Under the pieces are notes generated by a model. The model made no database searches. It was not told where the DNA came from and worked only from the letters and a program-made list of their open reading frames with translations. From Chloroflexota bacterium (GTDB lineage Bacteria > Chloroflexota > Anaerolineae > VGOG01), in the NCBI GenBank assembly GCA_030611885.1, contig JAUWOY010000007.1, positions 19,750 through 83,749 on the forward strand: a DNA stretch of 64,000 bases, written 5' to 3'. Position 1 is the stretch's first letter, and every line of letters starts with the position of its first letter. A program made the position numbers and the translations under genes. This document shows positions 58,401-64,000 of the stretch, one piece after another.

Positions 58401-60221
58401 CCCCCTCGTCACCCGACCGCTGAGGGTTCCCGTTGGGGCCGGCTTCAGAGCCAGGTCGCGCATGGACATGTAGCCCGTGATCACCTCCACCCCCTGCGCC
58501 GTGGCCGAGAGGTAGCCGAACGCGCTGGCCGTGACGTCGTAGAAGCCCCCCGGCACGCTCACGGCGTAGGTCCCCGTGGCATCGGTGGTAGCGATGAACT
58601 TGTCACCGGCCTGGCTGACCCCACTGACTGTCGCTTCAGGAATCGGAGCGTCTTTGAACTTTGAACTTTGAACTTTGAGCTTTGAACTTGTTACCTGGCC
58701 GTAGAGCTTCCCCGCCCCCAGGGCCCAGCGGACGGCATCGTAGGCGTCAATCCGCCCCGCGCCGAAGGCGTTGTCGGGGCCGGTCTCGCCCAGACTTGTA
58801 CTGAGCCCCGTCGAAGTATCGGCGGCAGTATACTTCATGAAGTTCTCCAGGTCGTCGGCGGTCAGGGTGGGGGCGGCCTCCAGCAGCAGGGCCGTCAGTC
58901 CCACCGCGTGGGGAGTAGCCATGGAGGTGCCACTCCAGCCGCTCTCGTAACTACCGCCGGGAACACTGGAGCGGATGTCCACGCCGGGCGCGCTGACCTC
59001 AGGCTTGGTTTCTTCCCAGAAGGAGGGACCCAGGCTGCTGAAGGAGGCGATGGCGTCCTCGGAGTTGGTGGCGCCCACGGCCACGGCGTGGGGGAAGCTG
59101 CCCGGTGAGTGCACGGACCCACTGCCCATCTCCCCGTCGTTGCCGGCGGCGAAGACGGGGAAGATGCCCGCTGCTCGCCAGGCTGCCACGTCGGGCCAGA
59201 AGGCGGGATTGGCCCCGTTCGCGTCGCCCCAGGAGTTGTTGACCACGTCGGGGGCTTGGCTGGGATCCGGGTTCTCCCCGTCGAGGTCGGTGGGGGCCAG
59301 GATCCACTGGAAGCCCTGGTGGATCTTCACGTCATCGGTGACGCCGGAATCATCGAAGATCTTGACGGCGATCCAGCGAGCGCCGGGGGCCACACCGATT
59401 TGATTTGCACTCCCGTCGTCCCCCACGATGGTGCCCATGGTGTGGGTGCCGTGGCCGTGGCCATCGTCGGGTGCATCGGGGTAGGTGGCCGTGGGATCGA
59501 ACCAATTATACTCGTGATCCCCAGCGGCGCCACGATATTGGCCTTGCAGAGCGGGGTGGGTGCAGTCCACGCCGGTGTCCACGTTGGCCACCACTACCCC
59601 GCGCCCGGTGATGCCGAAATCGCTCCACACCTGATCGGCCCGCACCTGGGCGATGTTCCACTCCACTTGTTGGATATTGGGTATTGGGTATTGGATATTG
59701 GGTATTGGAGGTTGGAAGTTTGAAGTTTGAAGTTTGGATTTGGGATTTGGCAGTTGATGCCTGTGATTGGCGCGGATTCTCTCCACCTCTGGTCGGGCGG
59801 CCAGGGCCAGGAGGGTCTCCAGGTCGCCGGTCACGGCCAGGCCATTGAAGACCCAGAAGGGGACGTATTCCTCGACGCGGCCTGAGGCCTGCTGTCCATC
59901 CAGATAAGCCCGGATGCCTCGCTGGCTCCGCTCGGCCACGGCCTGCAGGGATGAGACCACCACCTGGCGGCGGGTCAACTTCCCCTGGATCTGCCGCGCC
60001 GGGGCCAGGTCGGCCTGCTGGGCCAGGTGGACGATGTAGGTGATCTTCTCCCCGGAGGCCAGCTCCTTCAGAACCTGAGGCTCGATCTTGATCCGCAGGG
60101 CCAGGGGGATCTTCTGGAGAGAGAGCGGGTCGGGCGAGGGATCCGCCATGATGAGGGAGGGGATCAGCACCAGGGATAGTACAGCTATGAGAACAAGGCC
60201 GAACCATTTGCGCCAAGTCAT
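55440..60221 (-). CDS. subtilisin-like S8 serine protease, 1593 aa, with propeptide, carboxypeptidase-regulatory-like and DUF11 repeat domains
   Basis: Catalytic triad contexts VANVDTGVD, HGHGTHTMG, GTSMATPHAVG. N-terminal signal/anchor. C-terminal repeats with GE.LTYT..L.N.G signatures. Confidence 0.9.
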   Translation of the reverse strand: MTWRKWFGLVLIAVLSLVLIPSLIMADPSPDPLSLQKIPLALRIKIEPQVLKELASGEKITYIVHLAQQADLAPARQIQGKLTRRQVVVSSLQAVAERSQRGIRAYLDGQQASGRVEEYVPFWVFNGLAVTGDLETLLALAARPEVERIRANHRHQLPNPKSKLQTSNFQPPIPNIQYPIPNIQQVEWNIAQVRADQVWSDFGITGRGVVVANVDTGVDCTHPALQGQYRGAAGDHEYNWFDPTATYPDAPDDGHGHGTHTMGTIVGDDGSANQIGVAPGARWIAVKIFDDSGVTDDVKIHQGFQWILAPTDLDGENPDPSQAPDVVNNSWGDANGANPAFWPDVAAWRAAGIFPVFAAGNDGEMGSGSVHSPGSFPHAVAVGATNSEDAIASFSSLGPSFWEETKPEVSAPGVDIRSSVPGGSYESGWSGTSMATPHAVGLTALLLEAAPTLTADDLENFMKYTAADTSTGLSTSLGETGPDNAFGAGRIDAYDAVRWALGAGKLYGQVTSSKLKVQSSKFKDAPIPEATVSGVSQAGDKFIATTDATGTYAVSVPGGFYDVTASAFGYLSATAQGVEVITGYMSMRDLALKPAPTGTLSGRVTRGRTGEPLAATIRALNTPASATADADGFYSLTLPVGSYTVEASLSGHQIQWAEVSIAEGEVTSQDFALSPAPSLLLVDADTWMGENVTLYYQHALDEAGFLYDTRLITDTAHIPTAEELGAYDVVIWANPWQSPGYIGADQALMDYLDSGGQLLIVGQDIGYWDDYQNYAPSFYTNYLHASFLGEPEILDELIGADILAGLTLTLNDTYAYKDTGFCTLFGCFYPDEIGPADDAAWPILAHPDGGIRGLKAESPPYRVIYFGFGLESVGPRDALAQTVARSITWLTLPSLTKTVDKEAVVPGEALTYTLTLNNIGATDLPEISLTDPIPEHTTYVTDSATGGAVYDPDFDHIQWSGTLTAMTKITFTFQAVVEEALAGGTAITNTAILDSGQGHTLQASAITTVLAPNLTGSTKTVDKAVAPAGDVLTYTISLINSGSIEAPNVNLVDPIPQNTAYVSGSVTGGAIYNAALNQIEWTGAVPVIEQDYAWTDSDQPSGPVYKWVDISGIGTPITDLGDDTNVGPFPIGFSFPFYNEGFTQFYLSSNGFLSLSPISGSNFGNSALPDPTAPGNLLAPFWDDLSFSSSGEGYYWSNNQDALVVSYVGAPHFSSGGPYTFQVILRADGSITYQYQSMIDRLDEATIGVQNADGAQGLTVVYNEAYVRDGLAILISPPSPPHAIAFQVKIADPLPTETIITNTAIIDNGRGTTYERRATTRVNTIELEGSTKKADKSVAIPGEVLTYTLTLHNAGIADAAEVAVVDPIPPHAVYQPGSATGGAIYDDIANRIMWSGAVPSGSQASFSFAVRTVLPLPDGTVVVNTATIDDGVHSPFTRTATTTIAAPDLSPSEKRVSSSPGEGGAESPGQVLTYTILVKNGGSGPAMVTLTDTLPTEVVYVPGSAWAGSGGPAVYDTSTHRLTWSGRVPVNGMATVRFAVQATGQGPITNSVLLDDGAGNVIEKRVTTGGGEYRLFLPFLMHTWEFSVQLPAP
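58652..58686. repeat. heptanucleotide tract (CTTTGAA x5) inside the protease gene
   Basis: ctttgaa x3, ctttgag, ctttgaa; encodes SSKLKVQSSKFK. Confidence 0.9.
59669..59759. repeat. 13-unit compound heptanucleotide tract inside the protease gene
   Basis: gttggat attgggt attgggt attggat attgggt attggag gttggaa gtttgaa gtttgaa gtttgga tttggga tttggca; encodes NPKSKLQTSNFQPPIPNIQYPIPNIQ. Confidence 0.9.
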
Positions 60222-60338
60222 GGAAGTTTTCTCCTTTGGGGTTTATGGGGGGTGGCTCAGGAGCACGGCAACCATACGCCAGACGGTATCTTCTCAATAT
60301 TTGGAGGAAGAGGGGTGCATGTGGGCATAGTGAGCATC

Positions 60339-60468
60339 CGCCGGTTGAGTAGACCTTCAGGTCGTATCGAAACCCAGGATGCGAGCGGGTCTACCGACAA
60401 CCCGCTTGGCCTCGATACGTCGCTTGTTTCGACAAGCTCAACACAAGTCGCTCCTACTCGGCCGGCGC
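60339..60468. repeat. P2-family palindromic element, right inverted copy flanking the S8 protease gene
   Basis: Its reverse complement aligns with 55161-55281 along the whole length with few mismatches. Confidence 0.85.
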
Positions 60469-60668
60469 TGGATTTGTCCTCCCTTGACTTTTTGAGAAGA
60501 TACGCCAGACGGATATTGGAGCTTATAGTTGTGAGCTCCCTCGGAAAGTGCTCTTGCAGCTCGACTTCGCCAGCGACGCCCCCGGGGACGGGGGCTGGGA
60601 GCGGTGTTGGAGCTTATAGTTGTGTGAAAGGGGGCAAAACAACGCCCCCTTTCACACGATCACTATAG

Positions 60669-60739
60669 CTCGGGGACCAGGATTCGAACCTGGACTTTAG
60701 GATTCAAAGTCCCGCGTCCTACCATTAGACCATCCCCGA
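60669..60739 (-). tRNA. tRNA-Gln (anticodon UUG)
   Basis: Manual fold: acceptor UCGGGGA/UCCCCGA (U1-A72), anticodon loop CUUUGAA, T-arm CAGGTTCGAATCCTG, discriminator G. No encoded CCA. Confidence 0.85.
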
Positions 60740-60774
60740 TCGTTCCCTTCGTGGTTTGCACCATGGGTGGAAGG

Positions 60775-60847
60775 CAGCGAGGGTGGGCTTCGAACCCACA
60801 ACCTTCCGGTTAACAGCCGGATACTCTACCGGTTGAGCTACCTCGCT
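60775..60847 (-). tRNA. tRNA-Asn (anticodon GUU)
   Basis: Acceptor AGCGAGG/CCTCGCT, D-arm GCTC/GAGT, anticodon stem TCCGG/CCGGA with loop CTGTTAA, T-arm GTGGG-TTCGAAG-CCCAC. Confidence 0.88.
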
Positions 60848-60866
60848 GCGCTTTGGTTATCTCCAG

Positions 60867-60938
60867 TGAGCCGCGTGGGGCTCGAACCCACAACTCTCGG
60901 CTTAAAAGGCCGATACTCTTCCATTGAGTTAGCGGCTC
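60867..60938 (-). tRNA. tRNA-Lys (anticodon UUU)
   Basis: Acceptor GAGCCGC/GCGGCTC, anticodon stem TCGGC/GCCGA with loop CTTTTAA, T-arm GTGGG-TTCGAGC-CCCAC, discriminator A. Confidence 0.88.
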
Positions 60939-60967
60939 CAGCTCTGCAAACCAGTTTTTCCCCTAGC

Positions 60968-61363
60968 TCACTCAACGCCATAGTTAAGCGATCTGGCCGA
61001 TAACAGCCAGCACATCAGGAACAAGACCCCCGGCGCTGCTACGAGCGCAAAGTACGGGCCACGCGGAAACCGGCCATCCATGACCCGCAACACCGCATAG
61101 AAAGCCAGCAGGCTGCCGACCGTAATGCCTCCACCCAGCCCCTCCCGACGCCAGGCCACGATCATCCCCAGGCTAACCCCGAAGGGGAAGAAGAACAGAC
61201 CAACCCAATCACAGGACGTAAACTGCGCCAGGTTGAAGCCCTCCGCCAGGCCGCTTCCGATGAACATCAGCAGGATAAACCCTACGCTCGCGATGCTCCA
61301 GGCCCTTGCCATCCATCGGATGATGAGAGTCGCGATACTGGGTTTACCTGTCGGGTCGTCCAT
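60968..61363 (-). CDS. small multi-TM membrane protein, unknown function
   Basis: ATG 61363 is preceded by GGAAGGAGGAG. Four predicted hydrophobic helices. Confidence 0.6.
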   Translation of the reverse strand: MDDPTGKPSIATLIIRWMARAWSIASVGFILLMFIGSGLAEGFNLAQFTSCDWVGLFFFPFGVSLGMIVAWRREGLGGGITVGSLLAFYAVLRVMDGRFPRGPYFALVAAPGVLFLMCWLLSARSLNYGVE

Positions 61364-61597
61364 GCGATCTCCTCCTTCCGCCAATGAAGCGCCGCTTCGA
61401 CTGCTGCAGCACTTAACTTGGATTATACTGTACTTCTTAGAAGTTGTCAAAGATTCCAATGGTCACTTAAAGCCCGAAACGGCCCCTCTTCCAGAGATAG
61501 CTGAAGAGCTTACGCCTTTTTGACACCCTACTTGAGCTGGGCTATAATAATCCTCAGGAGATGATCAACGTTTCCGCAGGCAACAAAGGAGGCACAA

Positions 61598-62290
61598 ATG
61601 CCTAACCTCAAAATTCTGAAGGTCAACGCTGAGCGCCGCCGTGAGATGCGTCCGGCGGCCGAGCGACTTTATCGCCAACACCAGGATCAGGTTCCCCGGT
61701 TGATCCGCCAGTTAGCCGGGCCTACCCAGGCCGAGCATGACCGCGCTTTCGAGTTGTTGACCCAGATGGGCGAGATGGTCGCCTCTGAGCTGCTCGACGC
61801 CCTGGCCGATCCAACGCTGGACGTCATCGCCGCCGATGAAGTGGTCTCGCTCCTGGGCTTGACGGGCGACGAGCGCGCCCGCGAGCCGCTGTGGCAATTC
61901 TTCCAGGCTCAGGATGACCTGGAGCGCGCCTCTTCTGCCGCCCTCAGCCTGAGCGGGCTGGGCGACGACCGCGTTCTTCCCTTCCTGCGCCGGACCCTCG
62001 ACTCCGACGACGAAGAGCTCGTCTCCAATGCCGTGGCAGCGATGATCACCGTCGGCACCATGGAAGACATCCCCCTCCTGCGCAAAATCCACCGCCAACA
62101 CTCGACCAACTGGGAGATTCGCTTCGGGATCGCCAACGTCATACTGACCATCGTGGGCGAGGCCGACCAGCGCACTTTCAACCGCACGCTGGACGACATT
62201 CAGGCCCGCTTCGCCGACCGCCACCTGTGGGACGACATTTGGACCATTCTGGACAGTGAGTTCGGGTCGAAGGACGTCACGTGGCACTGA
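61598..62290 (+). CDS. HEAT-repeat protein
   Basis: AAAGGAGG before the ATG. Repeated helical LLDALADP / LRRTLDSDDEELV-type HEAT/PBS-lyase-like units. Confidence 0.65.
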   Translation: MPNLKILKVNAERRREMRPAAERLYRQHQDQVPRLIRQLAGPTQAEHDRAFELLTQMGEMVASELLDALADPTLDVIAADEVVSLLGLTGDERAREPLWQFFQAQDDLERASSAALSLSGLGDDRVLPFLRRTLDSDDEELVSNAVAAMITVGTMEDIPLLRKIHRQHSTNWEIRFGIANVILTIVGEADQRTFNRTLDDIQARFADRHLWDDIWTILDSEFGSKDVTWH

Positions 62291-64000
62291 GGCCGCTTTG
62301 CTTACATGTCAACGTCTCCATCGGCACCGCTGCCGTGTTGGGCCTGGCCGACATCGTCATGGACGCCGCACCCACCACCGCCTACTTGATGCTGGGGGGG
62401 CGTTGCGTTTTGGATTGCGGCTTCTGCGCCCAGGCGCGCTCCAGCCAGGCCAGCGCGCTGAAGCTCTCCCGCGTCACCTGGCCGGAGTTCGACCAGGCAC
62501 GGACCCTGGCGCTGCTGGCCCAAGCCGTCGAGCGGGGGGACATCAGGCGCTGCTGCCTCCAGGTGACAGTGGCCGAGGGTTACTTCCAGCGCACGCTGGA
62601 GGTGATCCGAGCCGTGCGAGCAACCTGCGACGTTCCTGTTGACGCCGCCATCCTGCCCAGAGACATGGCCCAGGTTGAGGAGTTGCTGGCAGCAGGAGTG
62701 GATCACATCGGCTTCGGGCTGGACGCCGCTTGCGAGCGGGTCTTCCAGCGAGTCAAAGGCGGGAGCTGGGCGCGGAGCCTCTCCCTCATCGAAGAAACAG
62801 CGCGGCGGTTCCCCGGTCGTGGAGCGGTGCATCTCATCGTCGGCCTGGGTGAGACAGAACAGGAGATGGCCGAGACGATCCAGCGGATGCACGACCTGGG
62901 CCTCATCGTGGGGCTCTTTGCCTTCACCCCTGTCCGAGGCACCCGCCTGGAAGACGCTTCCCCACCTCCCCTCTCCACCTATCGTCGAATGCAGGTCGCT
63001 CAATATCTAATAACCAATAACCTGGCTCGAATCGGGAATTTCACCTTTTCCGCCACAGGTCAACTTTCCAGTTTTAACCTTCCCCGCTTGTCAGAAATCC
63101 TGGCTGACGGCGTTGCCTTCCAGACCTCTGGCTGCCCCGATTGCAATCGTCCCTTTTACAACGAGCGCCCTGGCGGGACGATGTACAATTATCCCAAGCC
63201 ATTGACGCCGAAACAGACAAAGGCTGCTGTCGAAGAGCTAGAAGTTGATGAAACTAACCGTGAAACGTCAAACGTCATAAACGGTTCGACTATCTACCCT
63301 GCTGCTGAGTGGCGGCTGTTGGAAACTGGGCTGGCGGATGGTGCTACCAACATGGCCATTGACGAAGCCATCCTGTGGGCTGTGGCTGAGGGGGAATCCC
63401 GGCCCACGCTTCGTTTCTACGGCTGGCAGCCGCCTTGCCTGTCCATCGGCTACAGCCAATCAATGGAGGGCGAGGTGGATGTAGACAGGTGTCGAGAGGC
63501 CGGCATCGGCTTCGTGCGGCGGCCAACGGGCGGGCGATCCATCCTCCACGCCGACGAGCTGACCTACAGCGTCGTCGCCCGCCAGGCGGAGCCTCGCGTG
63601 GCCGGGGGCGTGATCGAGTCCTACCGTCGTCTGAGCGCGGGATTAGTGGCGGGGCTGCGGGCACTGGGGGTAGACGCTAGTCAAGCCCTCTCCCCTTCCT
63701 CCCCAGCGCAGTCAGCTGCCTGTTTCGACGCTCCATCCAGCTACGAGATCACCGTGGACGGCAAGAAGCTGGTGGGCAGCGCTCAGGTGCGCAAGAAGAG
63801 GGTAGTGCTCCAGCACGGCTCCCTGCCCCTGGAAGGCGACATCGCCCGTATCTTCGACTTCTTGAGAGTGTCATCGGAGGAGAGGCGGGAGGAGTTGAAG
63901 CAAGAACTGCGGGCCTGTGCAACTTCGCTGGAGTTGGCGCTGGGATACGGCGTCCCTTTCGACGAAGTGGCCCGACATCTAGCGGCCGGCTTCGCCCAGG
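62281..64000 (+). CDS. fused radical SAM (BioB/LipS-like) + lipoate/octanoyl-protein ligase family protein; 3' end beyond window; start uncertain (GTG 62281 or ATG 62359); absent from ORF track
   Basis: Manual translation in the frame of 62308 is open from 62260 to 64000. It reads LMLGGRCVLDCGFCAQA (CxxxCxxC), ...HLIVGLGETEQEM..., then EWRLLETG...NMAIDEAIL...RFYGWQPPCLSIGY...VRRPTGGRSILHADELTYSV (LplA/LipM-type). Confidence 0.7.
   Translation, partial: MALRPLCLHVNVSIGTAAVLGLADIVMDAAPTTAYLMLGGRCVLDCGFCAQARSSQASALKLSRVTWPEFDQARTLALLAQAVERGDIRRCCLQVTVAEGYFQRTLEVIRAVRATCDVPVDAAILPRDMAQVEELLAAGVDHIGFGLDAACERVFQRVKGGSWARSLSLIEETARRFPGRGAVHLIVGLGETEQEMAETIQRMHDLGLIVGLFAFTPVRGTRLEDASPPPLSTYRRMQVAQYLITNNLARIGNFTFSATGQLSSFNLPRLSEILADGVAFQTSGCPDCNRPFYNERPGGTMYNYPKPLTPKQTKAAVEELEVDETNRETSNVINGSTIYPAAEWRLLETGLADGATNMAIDEAILWAVAEGESRPTLRFYGWQPPCLSIGYSQSMEGEVDVDRCREAGIGFVRRPTGGRSILHADELTYSVVARQAEPRVAGGVIESYRRLSAGLVAGLRALGVDASQALSPSSPAQSAACFDAPSSYEITVDGKKLVGSAQVRKKRVVLQHGSLPLEGDIARIFDFLRVSSEERREELKQELRACATSLELALGYGVPFDEVARHLAAGFAQ

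Noticed and set aside
59669-59759. Heptamer and compound tandem tracts (also 24963-25075, 26274-26339 and 29961-30030) as possible CRISPR arrays.
   Set aside because: The repeat unit is 7 nt with no unique spacers, most tracts are inside ORFs, and there are no cas genes. They are microsatellite-like tracts, not CRISPRs.
60767-61003. Tracked 78-aa ORF on the plus strand.
   Set aside because: It lies antisense across the tRNA-Asn and tRNA-Lys genes, and the tRNA folds are far better supported.

Overview
High-GC bacterial chromosomal window. Gene content and repeat style suggest a filamentous Chloroflexota-like organism, but that is inference only. Housekeeping genes are an ABC exporter pair, glnS, plsY, a DAG-kinase-like gene, mutS, rph, purA and a tRNA Lys-Asn-Gln cluster. 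Three other blocks sit among them. (1) A visibly AT-richer accessory island at 7.6-10.9 kb, plus related genes at 0-1.7 kb, holds small unrelated minus-strand genes. They are separated by four copies of a conserved ~115-nt hairpin-forming element. One gene there is split by a 68-nt palindromic insertion. (2) An envelope and glycosylation block at 26-40 kb holds a polyprenyl-phosphate sugar transferase, two GT4 genes, a GT39/ArnT-like gene, a PTPS-related polytopic membrane protein, a CBM-like secreted protein and an embedded VapBC pair. (3) A ~20-kb block of very large secreted proteins at 39.7-60.2 kb includes a 3x lamin-tail-domain protein, an NHL propeller, a CSLREA beta-helix with dockerin-like repeats, a DUF11 giant and a 1593-aa S8 protease. 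Three of these proteins share an unrecognised ~500-aa four-module domain, which is the main novelty candidate. The window is saturated with heptanucleotide tandem tracts and small palindromic elements. Many lie inside intact ORFs, and the three measurable palindromic elements inside the one ORF examined (35768..39715) have lengths divisible by three. Two real ORFs run off the window edges and are missing from the ORF track: 1..759 (-) and about 62281..64000 (+). The second is a fused radical-SAM / lipoate-ligase-family protein. No CRISPR array, rRNA, transposase or integrase gene was seen.
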